A DNA stretch of 64,000 nucleotides, from NCBI GenBank assembly GCA_964605735.1, contig CAZSDS010000001.1, positions 340,813 through 404,812 on the forward strand, read 5' to 3'. The first letter of the stretch is position 1. Every line of letters starts with the position of its first letter. The notes under the pieces were generated by a model. That model was not told the origin of the DNA and ran no database searches. It saw only the letters and a list, made by a program, of their open reading frames with translations. Both the position numbers and the translations under genes were made by a program. The stretch comes from an uncultured Candidatus Saccharibacteria bacterium. Lineage in GTDB: Bacteria > Patescibacteriota > Doudnabacteria > UBA920 > O2-02-FULL-48-8. Positions 1 through 10,047 of the stretch are shown here, piece by piece.

Positions 1-1005
1 TTTCAGCCACATGGAATTGTCTTAGCCCATTTTTGCTGATCACCTCAGCAAAACCATTTCTTATTTCAACCTGCTCAAACGCCACTTTTACAAGCAAATC
101 ATCCGCATATTCGGTCATTGTCACTACCTGCAGATTCTTAAACTGCTTGACCGGCTTTGAAAACTTATTGAATCCTTTTGCGGCAAATGCCCGGGTAATC
201 TGAAGCGCGCGGTCAGAACGGAAATTGAACATGATCATCGCATCATTGTCGGAAATTTTAGCCGCCTGGCCGTTTGGCTGTCTGATAATCGTTGGCGGAA
301 CCATTTCATCGTAGATATGCTGGCTGTAATAGTCGCGAATGGCGTTTTCAGCGGTATCAAATTCGTTTCCTTCACCATAAACCATAGCCCGATATGCCTG
401 CTCAGTCAGGTTCCAGTGCTCAGCGCGGTCCATTGCGTAAAACCGCCCGACAATAGTGGCAATACTGCCCGTGCCAACCTGCTTGATTTTCGCGTTTAAT
501 TTCTCCAAGGATTCCAAAGCGATTTGCGGCGGCGTGTCGCGGCCGTCCAAAAACATGTGTACGTAAACTTTTTGAAGGCCATTTTCTGCGGCCAAACCCA
601 AAAGCGCGTACAAGTGCTCGTCATAACTATGCACACCACCCGGACTGCACAGACCAACAAGGTGTAAGGCAGAATTATTTTCCTTAACATGGTTGACTGC
701 TTCCAGAAATGCCGGGTTGTTGAAGAAACTCCTGTCTTCAATGGCTGTGGTGATGCGGGATAAATCCTGGCCAACAATTCTCCCAGCACCCAGGTTCAAA
801 TGACCGACTTCCGAGTTGCCCATTTCGCTCCACGGCAAACCCACTGACGGACCTGACGCCTGCAAAACAGTTGACGGGTAATGGTCAACCAAAGTGTTCA
901 TCTTGATCGGATTTGCTGCGGCAACGGCATTTCCATGCGTAGGAGTTGCAATCCCAAATCCATCCAACACAATCAAAACTAATTTTTTATAGGGTTTAAA
1001 ATCCA
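1..1005 (-). CDS. gpmI: 2,3-bisphosphoglycerate-independent phosphoglycerate mutase (partial; N-terminus at 1005, remainder beyond window start)
   Basis: Minus-strand frame from ATG at 1003-1005 translates MDFKPYKKLVLIVLDGFG...SEMGNSEVGHLNLGAGRIV, the canonical iPGM N-terminal metal-binding region. No stop before position 1. Confidence 0.85.
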
Positions 1006-1006
1006 T

Positions 1007-2236
1007 TTATTTATCCAAAACTTTTATTGCTGGGAGTGATTTTCCTGACATATACTCGAGCATTGCGCCGCCGCCGGTGGATACATGGTCTATATACTCT
1101 CCAACCTTGGCGCGGGTGATAATTTCAAGGCTTTCTCCGCCACCGACCACCCCGAATGCCGAACCCTTGGTGTGGATGGCAAAAGCCTGGGCGATCCCCA
1201 TGCTCCCGAATGAAAATTTTTGTTTTTCAATCAAACCCATGGGCCCGTTCCATATCAATGTCTTAGCTGACTTAATATGCTTTGAAAAATCCTGAATTGT
1301 TTGCGGGCCGATATCATAAATGCATTCTTCAGGCTTAACCTTTTCCGGCGTCACGGCTCTGGACTGCGAATCTTCGGTTCTGGCCACCACCACGTCAATC
1401 GGCAAAACTATTTTTGATTTGTAATGTCTGAGCAGTTCTTTTGCCAGAGGAATTTCTGCAGCTTTGGAATGGCCAATTTCATAACCTTTGGCTTTCAGAA
1501 AGCTGTTTGCGATTGCCCCGCCAATCAAAATTTTTTCGGCTTTTCCCGCCAGGTTATTTATGGTCTCGATCTTGTCTGAAATCTTTGCTCCGCCCATGAT
1601 TATGATTAGGGGCAGGGCTGGCTTTTTTATGGCTTTATTTAGCGCGTTGATTTCCGCCATCAGAGACACTCCTGCGTAAGCGGAAATTTTCTGGGCGATT
1701 CCCACCATGGAAGCGGTTTTCCTGTGGCTTACGGAAAAGGCATCGTTGACGTAAACGTCCCCAAACTTTTCCAGCACTTTCACAAAACTGGTGTCGTTGT
1801 TGTCTTCACCTGGATAGAACCGCAAATTTTCCAAAAAAAGTATATCACCGCCAGCCAATTTCTTTGTCAGGTCTGAATAATCTTTTGCCGTAATATCTTC
1901 TGACAAAAAATAGATGTGGTTAGACACCTTGTAGTCGGGCAACGAATCCTTAATCCTCACTATCTTTCTGCCCAAAAGCGCCGCTAACTGTTCTGCTGCA
2001 GGAAACAGGCTTTTTTCAGCAAGCCATTTCCCTTCTGGCCTACCAAGATGCGAGATGATGATAATTTTAGCCTGTTGCTTTACTAAATAGTTGATTGTAG
2101 AGAGCGAAGATTTGATCCTGGTATCATCTGATACTTTATAAGCTCCAGATTTATCCTGGGTCAAAGGTACATCAAAACCAACCCGCAACAAAACCCGTCT
2201 CCCTTTGAGTTTTACTGAAGTGATAGGTTTGATCAT
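1007..2236 (-). CDS. pgk: phosphoglycerate kinase
   Basis: 409 aa ORF with typical PGK features: N-terminal substrate-binding basic patch, hinge and C-terminal nucleotide-binding GGGA motif (VVGGGES...GGGAMLE). Confidence 0.95.
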   Translation of the reverse strand: MIKPITSVKLKGRRVLLRVGFDVPLTQDKSGAYKVSDDTRIKSSLSTINYLVKQQAKIIIISHLGRPEGKWLAEKSLFPAAEQLAALLGRKIVRIKDSLPDYKVSNHIYFLSEDITAKDYSDLTKKLAGGDILFLENLRFYPGEDNNDTSFVKVLEKFGDVYVNDAFSVSHRKTASMVGIAQKISAYAGVSLMAEINALNKAIKKPALPLIIIMGGAKISDKIETINNLAGKAEKILIGGAIANSFLKAKGYEIGHSKAAEIPLAKELLRHYKSKIVLPIDVVVARTEDSQSRAVTPEKVKPEECIYDIGPQTIQDFSKHIKSAKTLIWNGPMGLIEKQKFSFGSMGIAQAFAIHTKGSAFGVVGGGESLEIITRAKVGEYIDHVSTGGGAMLEYMSGKSLPAIKVLDK

Positions 2237-2242
2237 GCAAAA

Positions 2243-3304
2243 CTAATTCTTCCCGATCGCAATAGCCTGTTCAACAAAACGGTTTGAATAGCCAAACTCA
2301 TTGTCGTACCAGGCCACTACTTTTACTAAATCGCCGTCCACAACTTGCGTTAGGCTCAAATCCACTATTGATGAGTGAGGGTTGCCAATGATGTCTGAGG
2401 AAACAATCGGCTCATTGGTGACTTCCAGGACATGCTCCCACATCGGGTGCCGAGCCGCTTCAATAAACGCCTTATTAACTTCTTCCACTGTTGTCTTTTT
2501 GCCCAAAACCAGGCTGAAATCCGATAACGATCCGCATGGTGTCGGGACGCGGTACGCTGCGCCACCAAGCAATTCCTTTAATTCAGGAATAGCCTCAGTG
2601 GTGGCAATGGTTGCGCCAGTGCTGGTCGGAATGATGTTGGCTGCTGCCGCGCGGGCACGTCTCAAATCATTGGATTTTCCTCCAGGCGGCGGCCCGTCAA
2701 CAAGGTTTTGTTCAGCGGTGTATGAGTGTATGGTGGACATAAGCATCTTTTTTATCCCAAATTTCGAGTGCATAACCGCAATCACAGGAGAGATGCAGTT
2801 GGTCGTGCAGGATGCATTGGAGATGATGTTTTGCTTTGCGTCGTACTTGTCATGGTTTACGCCAATGATGTAAGTCGGCGTAAGCCCCTTGTCCTTGGCT
2901 GGCGCTGAAATGATGACTTTTCGGGCTCCGGCCATAAGGTGCGCTCCAGCCTTCTCTGAATCAGTAAACCTGCCTGTAGATTCAAGCACCACATCCACTG
3001 CCAAGTCGCGCCAAGGCAACATTGCAGGATCTTTTTCCGCAAAGATAGGTATTTTTTTGCCGTCTACAATCAAAGTCCCGACTGAAGAAACTGTTGAGTT
3101 GGCTTTTTCCGGGCGATCACTGGTTTCTACTTTTTTCCCATACACGCCGTACACAGTATCGAATTTCAACAGGTGCGCCAAAACATGAGGCTCAGTTAAG
3201 TCGTTGATAGCCACTATTTCAAGCTCTGGCTTTTCCAGAGCAATTTTAAAAGCTTGTCGTCCGATTCGGCCGAAGCCGTTTATTGCGACTCTGATCTTCT
3301 CCAT
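2243..3304 (-). CDS. gap: glyceraldehyde-3-phosphate dehydrogenase
   Basis: 353 aa with INGFGRIGR Rossmann motif and catalytic SCTTNC motif. Confidence 0.95.
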   Translation of the reverse strand: MEKIRVAINGFGRIGRQAFKIALEKPELEIVAINDLTEPHVLAHLLKFDTVYGVYGKKVETSDRPEKANSTVSSVGTLIVDGKKIPIFAEKDPAMLPWRDLAVDVVLESTGRFTDSEKAGAHLMAGARKVIISAPAKDKGLTPTYIIGVNHDKYDAKQNIISNASCTTNCISPVIAVMHSKFGIKKMLMSTIHSYTAEQNLVDGPPPGGKSNDLRRARAAAANIIPTSTGATIATTEAIPELKELLGGAAYRVPTPCGSLSDFSLVLGKKTTVEEVNKAFIEAARHPMWEHVLEVTNEPIVSSDIIGNPHSSIVDLSLTQVVDGDLVKVVAWYDNEFGYSNRFVEQAIAIGKN

Positions 3305-3506
3305 GTTATTTGATCTCGTAAATTAGCAAGGCAACAAACATTGCCCAAACCAGGAAAATAGCAAACTCTTTGTCATCCTTGAACATCAGATGCTTGTGCA
3401 GCCATTTTTCCAAATGAAATTCCTTGTGAGCCCAGTGTTTTTTCTTCATTTGTTTTTGTTTATTTTATTAATATTTTTTGTATAAACGCACAATTTAGCC
3501 TGATTT

Positions 3507-4388
3507 TCAGGCTTTTCCGTTGGTTTTCAGCAATTTTATCTTTGTTTCAGCCATTATCTGAAGAGCTTCCGTAGCTGGAGCCAAAATTTTCCTCGGATCA
3601 TAAATCTGAGGATTCTTATTTAAATTATCCCTTAAAGCTTTATTAAATGCAACCCTTAAATCCGTATCAATGTTGAAAACCGCAACGCCGTGCCTGATAG
3701 CCGCTCGCATTTGAGGATCAGGCACACCTGAAGCACCATGCAAAACCAGCGGAATTTTGACTTTTTTGTTGATGGCGGCCAATCTTTTCACATCAATATG
3801 CTCTTTTAAGGTAGAAAGTATTTTCTGGACTTTTGGGTTTACGGGAATTCCATGCATGGAACCTACAGCCACTGCCAAGGTATCAACTCCGGTTTCAGCC
3901 ACAAAACTTGCAGCCTCATTAGGGTCAGTCATCAAATCCTCCCCTGATTTCACTTCCTGCCAATCTTCGTTGCCCAAGAGTCTCCCAATTTCCGCCTGCA
4001 CCCAGACCCCATGCTTGTGCGCATAATCAACAACCTTCCTGGTCAGTCTTACATTTTCCTTGTACTCCATCCCCGAAGCATCAATCATGACTGAACTATA
4101 ACCGATGTCAATCAGCTTTTTGATCAAATTAAAATCCTTACAGTGGTCCTGATGCAGCGCAATTGGCACGCTTGCCTTCTTAGCCATTGTCTTTATCAAA
4201 CCTGCTATTTCCTCCAGACCCGCATATTCAATTGAGCCAACAGAGGTTTGGACGATTACAGGAGCTTTTTGATTTTCCGCCGCACGAATAATTCCCGCAG
4301 TTGTTTCCAAATTCTGCGTGTTAAAAGCAGGAACCGCATACTTACCCACTATCTGTTTTTTAATCAGCTTGTTGATGTGTACTAACAT
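3507..4388 (-). CDS. fba: class II fructose/tagatose-bisphosphate aldolase
   Basis: 293 aa; FbaA/KbaY-like N-terminus (KYAVPAFN), Zn-ligand histidines (HQDH, LHGASG). Confidence 0.9.
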   Translation of the reverse strand: MLVHINKLIKKQIVGKYAVPAFNTQNLETTAGIIRAAENQKAPVIVQTSVGSIEYAGLEEIAGLIKTMAKKASVPIALHQDHCKDFNLIKKLIDIGYSSVMIDASGMEYKENVRLTRKVVDYAHKHGVWVQAEIGRLLGNEDWQEVKSGEDLMTDPNEAASFVAETGVDTLAVAVGSMHGIPVNPKVQKILSTLKEHIDVKRLAAINKKVKIPLVLHGASGVPDPQMRAAIRHGVAVFNIDTDLRVAFNKALRDNLNKNPQIYDPRKILAPATEALQIMAETKIKLLKTNGKA

Positions 4389-4394
4389 TTCTGT

Positions 4395-4688
4395 TTATCC
4401 GTTTAATTTTTCTACCAAATACCTGACCACTAGAGTGTAGCTTGCGATTGAGATTGTTAAAGCCACAACCATTCTTATAATCGCACTTCTAAAACCTTTA
4501 AAATTGGCGAGCAAAAACATTGAAACCACAAACACCGGAACCGTAAAGAACAAATAATTGCCTATAAAAATATTTCTGAGAATCTCATAATTGGACTTGT
4601 CGCCGAAATCTATCCAGCCTAAAATAAAAATCAAAGCAAAAAACAACAAAACATTGGCCAAAGAAAGGGGCAAAGCCAAGACCCGCAT
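4395..4688 (-). CDS. hypothetical small membrane protein (3 predicted TM)
   Basis: 97 aa hydrophobic ORF tightly packed after the next ORF. No recognisable family. Confidence 0.45.
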   Translation of the reverse strand: MRVLALPLSLANVLLFFALIFILGWIDFGDKSNYEILRNIFIGNYLFFTVPVFVVSMFLLANFKGFRSAIIRMVVALTISIASYTLVVRYLVEKLNG

Positions 4689-4891
4689 CAGAACTGTACT
4701 CCTGTCTTCATTATCTCCAGAATGCCGGGGAGTTTATCGCCGGTCTTAGGCGTACAAAGCGCATAAATTATCTTGAATTGACAATCATGTGTCTTTTTTG
4801 TGGTTGTCTTCAAGCCTCTAAAAAATATGACTGCAAAAACCAAGACTAAAAAGATAATCAACCGGTTTCTGTTTTTCTTTCGCATGTACAT
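4688..4891 (-). CDS. hypothetical small membrane protein
   Basis: 67 aa ORF with one TM helix and a basic N-terminus; 1-nt overlap with downstream ORF. Confidence 0.35.
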   Translation of the reverse strand: MYMRKKNRNRLIIFLVLVFAVIFFRGLKTTTKKTHDCQFKIIYALCTPKTGDKLPGILEIMKTGVQF

Positions 4892-5044
4892 ATGTTTTAT
4901 CAGCTCAAAGTGTTATATATCCCCACAACAACCAGGCAAGCTATAAGAGCAAAAAACACCATGCTCAACAGCGCAAAGAATGTGCGGTTGGCGTGATGGT
5001 GTCTGCCGTATGCGTGTTTTTGCCTGTAAACGTGTTTTTCCATA

Positions 5045-5752
5045 TTAGTTTATGTATTTCTCCATCAGGTCTCTGATGGTTTTAAAAACACCTGTATTCT
5101 CATTTAGTTCGAATTCACAGCTTGGCAATGTTTCCGCGTCCGTATTGTTCACGTCATAAAACATATAAACGCTCTCCTGCCCGTCAAAAGCTATTGGACA
5201 GGTGCCAGTAAACTCTGTGGATTTAATTTCGTCAAAATCCAGGCTGGCAATTTGGGTTTTCAGGCGGGACAGCTCCGTAGACGTGAGAGTACCTGTTTTT
5301 TCTGCATCATTTATGATGTTCCCTTCCTGGGTGATGGTTGTCCAATCTTCGCACATCATTCCAGTCATGCATAAGCCCCCGTATCTTCTGACGGAAACGA
5401 GATTGGCTGTGTAATCAATCTCTTCCCAGCTTTCCGGGACATCACAAGGCGTCGGGAAACGCCTTATTTCACCTGTCTGGCCGTGCCTGGCCCAAGCTAT
5501 GACCTGGATACAGGCTGACGGATTGCCGTTGTTCTGGTTTTGGTTGTTGTGAGTAATAGCCGGCAATTCGATTTTGAAATTATCCATCTGCCACCAGAAA
5601 ACAACTGAAAGTATGGCCAGTAAAAACAACACCAGAATTGAAGAGGCTAAATAGTGGTGCCTGTTCAGCCAATGCCTGCCAAAATCATCATGATGCGGAA
5701 TCATGGAATTAGGGTCCTGGTCTGGGTGGGAGTAGTAGTTTTTCTTGGCCAT
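5045..5752 (-). CDS. hypothetical membrane-anchored protein with conserved CIQVI...FPTPCDVPExWE Cys motif (paralog of 11880..12479)
   Basis: 235 aa; N-terminal TM helix, then the motif ACIQVIAWARHGQTGEIRRFPTPCDVPESWEE shared with the 11880..12479 product. Confidence 0.6.
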   Translation of the reverse strand: MAKKNYYSHPDQDPNSMIPHHDDFGRHWLNRHHYLASSILVLFLLAILSVVFWWQMDNFKIELPAITHNNQNQNNGNPSACIQVIAWARHGQTGEIRRFPTPCDVPESWEEIDYTANLVSVRRYGGLCMTGMMCEDWTTITQEGNIINDAEKTGTLTSTELSRLKTQIASLDFDEIKSTEFTGTCPIAFDGQESVYMFYDVNNTDAETLPSCEFELNENTGVFKTIRDLMEKYIN

Positions 5753-5780
5753 TTATTTCAATTTTATTTTTTAGGCAGAC

Positions 5781-6746
5781 TTAGGCTGGCTTAACCAGAT
5801 TTGCAGGGACTTCCCCTTTCAACGCAGCCACAATGTTTTCTGCGGCAACCTTGCTCATATTGTCTCTGGTTTCTACTGTCGCGGAAGCTGTGTGCGGTGT
5901 GATGACGATATTTTCAAGATCTGCCAGGCCAGGGGTCAACTGCGGCTCATTTTCCCAAACATCAATCCCAGCCGCGAAGATATCGCCGTTTTTTAAGGCA
6001 TTAAGCAAAGCCACCTCATCCACCACAGGTCCGCGCGCAGTATTAACCAAAACCGCGGTCTTTTTCATCATGTCAAACTGGTGGGCTGAGATAAGGTGCT
6101 TAGTAGTTGGCAAAAGGGGCACGTGAATGGAAATAAAATCGGAATTTTTTAAAAGCTCATCCAGTGTTGAGTGCTTGGACCCGATTTCAGCATCCAATTC
6201 CGTATTTGGTTGAGGATTAGTGTATAAAACTTTCATGCCAAAACCCTTAGCAGCACGTCTGGCCAATGCCCCACCTATCCTGCCCATGCCAATCACTCCA
6301 AGCGTTTTGCCATAAACATCCTGTCCGAGCAGTAGGAAAGGCTGCCACCCCTTGTACTTTCCTGCACGGGAGAACCGATCTGATTCCACTACTCTGTGCG
6401 CAGCTGCCAGCATCAAAGCCATTGCATGATCAGCAACTGCGTCTGTCAGAACGTCCGGGGTATTCGTCACTAAAATATTCCTCTTTGCCGCTTCCTCCAA
6501 ATTGATGTTGTCATAGCCGACTGCATAGTTGGCCACAACCTTAAGCTGTGGGCCAGCCGCATCCATGACTTCCCCGTCAATTTTGTCCACCAGCTGTGAC
6601 AAAATCGCGTCTGCGCCTTGAATATGTCCAATCAGCTCTTCACGGGACAATGGCCGGTCAAGCTGAGAGACTTCAACATCCAGATGATTGGCTTTTAATA
6701 CATCAATACCTGCCTGAGGAACACCCCTTGTGACGAATACTTTCAT
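5781..6746 (-). CDS. D-isomer-specific 2-hydroxyacid dehydrogenase (glyoxylate/hydroxypyruvate reductase-like)
   Basis: 321 aa; NAD-binding GVIGMGRIG motif and catalytic R/E/H pattern of the GhrB/HprA family. Confidence 0.85.
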   Translation of the reverse strand: MKVFVTRGVPQAGIDVLKANHLDVEVSQLDRPLSREELIGHIQGADAILSQLVDKIDGEVMDAAGPQLKVVANYAVGYDNINLEEAAKRNILVTNTPDVLTDAVADHAMALMLAAAHRVVESDRFSRAGKYKGWQPFLLLGQDVYGKTLGVIGMGRIGGALARRAAKGFGMKVLYTNPQPNTELDAEIGSKHSTLDELLKNSDFISIHVPLLPTTKHLISAHQFDMMKKTAVLVNTARGPVVDEVALLNALKNGDIFAAGIDVWENEPQLTPGLADLENIVITPHTASATVETRDNMSKVAAENIVAALKGEVPANLVKPA

Positions 6747-7801
6747 TTTTGTTTCCTAATTTTAATGTTGTTGAAGATGAAATCAATTTTTGACGCCAGT
6801 ATTTCTGTGCTTAACGGCGAAGGGTTGATTTTACTCATGTCTACCTTAAAAACTCCTTCAATATTTGCGTATGGGAGTGCAGGGCCAATAATACTCAGAA
6901 AATACTTGTCTAGGGGAATAATAATAACTTTTCTGTACATATCTTGTGCAAAATACCCTCCAGAAATGTAAAATTCAAGGCCCTCTTGACCATCAATGAT
7001 CGCCTTACTTACTCCGTGCTCAGGTGCAAAGGCTATAACACTGGTCGAGTTTTTTAGTTTTTCATACTCACTATTAACAGCAATACCAATAGCAGGATTA
7101 ATTCTATTATATCCTAGTGTTTCTATAGTAACATCAGAAACAAATGTTTCGCCCATAAAAGACCTTAGATTTATATGCTTCAAAAAATCCCTTCCCCCAT
7201 TCATCAGGTCTATTGCTTCGTTCAACCTAACATCTCCAGGATAGGTAATGGAAACACCCGATTCATCATGTACATAGGATATAGGTTCCAAAATCCTAGG
7301 AGTTTCTTTGAATGACTCCACTATCTTTCTAAAGTATGATATTGCTTCCTTTTCATGATTCTTATCATAGTATATTGTGAAGCTATACTCAGGTGTTTCT
7401 GGTATTGGGAAAATGTCGGAATTGCTCTTCAGAATGGCCATTTTCGTAGGAAAACCGGGATTTTCCTGACCATTAAGCAACATATCATTAGTGGTGAATT
7501 CCAAAGATTGGTTATTCAACCTGACTTTATGTTTACCAGTTTCTCTTAATTCACCGAGTCCTCCACGAGTAATGACAAACCTGAATTTTTTCTCCGAATC
7601 GGAAACATCCTCAAAATAGTACGGATCCTTTAGTGGGTAAACAGCCCAAGCGGCTGGATAGCTAAATTGAAATCCGAGTTTTTCATGGGAAAATGTCTTA
7701 TATTCTTCCCCTGTACTAAATTCATAATAAGCAATACCCACCGCTATTACCAGTATAACCAATATCAAGACCCAACTTTTTTTTCGGAGAGAACCAAACA
7801 T
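6743..7801 (-). CDS. hypothetical signal-anchored secreted protein
   Basis: 352 aa; N-terminal TM/signal anchor, AT-rich codon usage, GFQFSYPAAW motif shared with two other secreted proteins in the window. 4-nt overlaps with both neighbours. Confidence 0.55.
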   Translation of the reverse strand: MFGSLRKKSWVLILVILVIAVGIAYYEFSTGEEYKTFSHEKLGFQFSYPAAWAVYPLKDPYYFEDVSDSEKKFRFVITRGGLGELRETGKHKVRLNNQSLEFTTNDMLLNGQENPGFPTKMAILKSNSDIFPIPETPEYSFTIYYDKNHEKEAISYFRKIVESFKETPRILEPISYVHDESGVSITYPGDVRLNEAIDLMNGGRDFLKHINLRSFMGETFVSDVTIETLGYNRINPAIGIAVNSEYEKLKNSTSVIAFAPEHGVSKAIIDGQEGLEFYISGGYFAQDMYRKVIIIPLDKYFLSIIGPALPYANIEGVFKVDMSKINPSPLSTEILASKIDFIFNNIKIRKQK

Positions 7802-8781
7802 TACTTAAATTCCTTCGGCCTGAACTTAGGGTTCTTTTTCATGAATGATTCCATCTGTTTCCTGGTCTGCAAGCCTTTGTGCGGTCCTACGTGCAATACC
7901 ACGTTGCCACCATTGATTGTGCCCCAAACCATAGCTTCTTCAATCGACTTTCCGTGAATAATGGCAGCTGTAAATCCAGTTCCGTAAGCATCGCCGGCAC
8001 CCGTAGCTTCAATCCTTGGCCCAGGATATTCCCGGATAAACCAAATCTTTTTTCCATCTGAGGCGTAAGAACCTTCCCTGCCGTCTGTAATCACGGCAAT
8101 CGGGGCGCCAAGCTTGTGCATGGCTTTCATCAGCTTAGGGATGTCTCGGGTTTTTTGTTCAGTCACCAATGCCGCCTCTTCCCTGTTCAGGAACAAAATT
8201 TCGGTGCGCTTGTAAATTTCTGCCAGTTTCTTGGCTCCCATGCGCATCTGGAAAGTTCCTGGATTGAAAGAAACCTTGATGTGCGGATTCTTTTTCAGGA
8301 AAGTAGCAAAATCCTTGTGGAATTTTTCAGTGCCTGCTCCTAGGGATGAGAAATAAATCCAATCAGTATCCAGTTTAGTCGGCATGCTGTAGTCGAACTT
8401 GTGGTGTTTTAGCAAAATTGTTCGCTCGCCCTGAAAAACCAGGACAATGTGAAAATTTGTTTCCACATTCTTATTTACATGCACGTACTTGGTGTCAATA
8501 CCTTCCGCCTTCAGCGCGTTGATGATAATTTTTCCGTTTGCATCAGCGCCTAAAGCAGAAACAAAAGCATTTTTTAGCCCCAATCGAGCAGATCCTACCG
8601 CATTGTTTGTGGAATTGCCTGCCGGCAGAGTGGTTAAATTCTCATATGGGATTTTATCAGCGTAGGTTAGGCAGAGTTGGCAATCGGTTTTATCCAAATT
8701 GCAGTGAACGGACGCTTCGTGAAGTTCAACAAAAGCATCGATGGTGGTGTCTCCAATGGAAACAATGTCATATTTAGCCAT
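7801..8781 (-). CDS. PfkB-family carbohydrate kinase (ribokinase-like)
   Basis: 326 aa; ribokinase-fold signatures incl. C-terminal GAGDAY anion-hole motif. Confidence 0.85.
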   Translation of the reverse strand: MAKYDIVSIGDTTIDAFVELHEASVHCNLDKTDCQLCLTYADKIPYENLTTLPAGNSTNNAVGSARLGLKNAFVSALGADANGKIIINALKAEGIDTKYVHVNKNVETNFHIVLVFQGERTILLKHHKFDYSMPTKLDTDWIYFSSLGAGTEKFHKDFATFLKKNPHIKVSFNPGTFQMRMGAKKLAEIYKRTEILFLNREEAALVTEQKTRDIPKLMKAMHKLGAPIAVITDGREGSYASDGKKIWFIREYPGPRIEATGAGDAYGTGFTAAIIHGKSIEEAMVWGTINGGNVVLHVGPHKGLQTRKQMESFMKKNPKFRPKEFK

Positions 8782-9016
8782 TTTTCAGTTTGTTTCTTAG
8801 GATTAATTGCTTTGATTTACTTATGAATTATAAAAGCTATACCATATAAAAGCAAATGCTTTGCAAATTATCCACAACGACACTCTTGTGCAAATATTTG
8901 GTAACTTTTATTGTAATTTCTTGGGCCCAGAGCGGTTCCTCAGGTCCAGGCCATTGACCAACAATGAGAAGCTTGGTAAAACACTACCTGACAAGTACGC
9001 GCGTTTGAACCGTCCA

Positions 9017-9044
9017 CAAAAACACCGGTTACCCGGTGTTTTTG
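9017..9044. terminator. bidirectional rho-independent terminator hairpin (aaaaacaccgg-ttac-ccggtgttttt)
   Basis: Perfect 11-bp palindrome flanked by A-run and T-run, immediately 3' of the transketolase C-subunit gene. Confidence 0.7.
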
Positions 9045-9045
9045 G

Positions 9046-10047
9046 TTATTTTCTTTTGATGACTTTCTTTACGGCTTTATAGACTGCCGCAGAATCCATT
9101 CCCCATTTTGCTATCAGTTCATTAGGTTCCCCTGACTCTCCAAAATGATCTGGCATGCCCACATACTCTTGGGGCACAGGATAATTTCTGGACAAAACTT
9201 CAGCCACGGCTGAACCGACACCCCCGGTAACCTGATGCTCTTCCGCAGAAACCACACAGCCGGTTTTTTTCGCAGAAGCAATGACGGTTTTTTCATCCAT
9301 TGGCTTTACTGAACCCACGTTTATGACTTCGCACTCAATTCCCTCCTGGGAGAGTTTTTCCGCGGCTTGCAAGGCGTAATAGACTTGCGGTCCGGCGGCA
9401 GTGATTGTGCAATCAGAACCGGTTCTGAATACCTGAGCTTTACCGATTTCAAATGGCGTATTTTCCGTTGTGAATTGCGGGGTTTTTTCGCGGGCCAGCC
9501 TGATATAAACCGGTCCATGAATCTTGCCGGCGGCAATGGTCATTTTTCTGGCTTCAATGGCGTCGCAAGGCACGAGAACAATCATTCTTGGCAATACTCG
9601 CGAAATTGCAATGTCTTCCATGGCTTGATGTGTTGCTCCGTCCGGTCCCACGGAAATCCCGGCGTGCGAACCGATTACCTTTACGTTGTTGCCGGAATAG
9701 CACACAGAAACCCTGATCTGGTCCCAACTGCGTCCAGGTGAGAAAGTTGCATAAGAAGTGCAAAAAGCGACCTTTCCTTCATGAGCCATGCCAGCGGCAA
9801 TCCCAACCATGTTCTGCTCAGCCACCCCTACCTCCACATATCGCTCAGGAAACTGGTTTGCAAAATCAGACATCATGGTTGAACCAGTCAAATCACAACA
9901 AAGTCCAACTACATTTGGGTCTTCTTTGCCAAGAATTACAAGTCCTTCTCCAAAACCTTTCCGGATCGGCACTTGTTCAATCTGATCCGTGAACATGTCA
10001 GGAGAAAGTTCCATTATTGATTTGGTTTTTCTGGTTTTCTTTGCCAT
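9046..10047 (-). CDS. transketolase, C-terminal (pyrimidine-binding) subunit
   Basis: 333 aa with transketolase Pyr and C-terminal domains (GVAEQNMVG...). Confidence 0.9.
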   Translation of the reverse strand: MAKKTRKTKSIMELSPDMFTDQIEQVPIRKGFGEGLVILGKEDPNVVGLCCDLTGSTMMSDFANQFPERYVEVGVAEQNMVGIAAGMAHEGKVAFCTSYATFSPGRSWDQIRVSVCYSGNNVKVIGSHAGISVGPDGATHQAMEDIAISRVLPRMIVLVPCDAIEARKMTIAAGKIHGPVYIRLAREKTPQFTTENTPFEIGKAQVFRTGSDCTITAAGPQVYYALQAAEKLSQEGIECEVINVGSVKPMDEKTVIASAKKTGCVVSAEEHQVTGGVGSAVAEVLSRNYPVPQEYVGMPDHFGESGEPNELIAKWGMDSAAVYKAVKKVIKRK

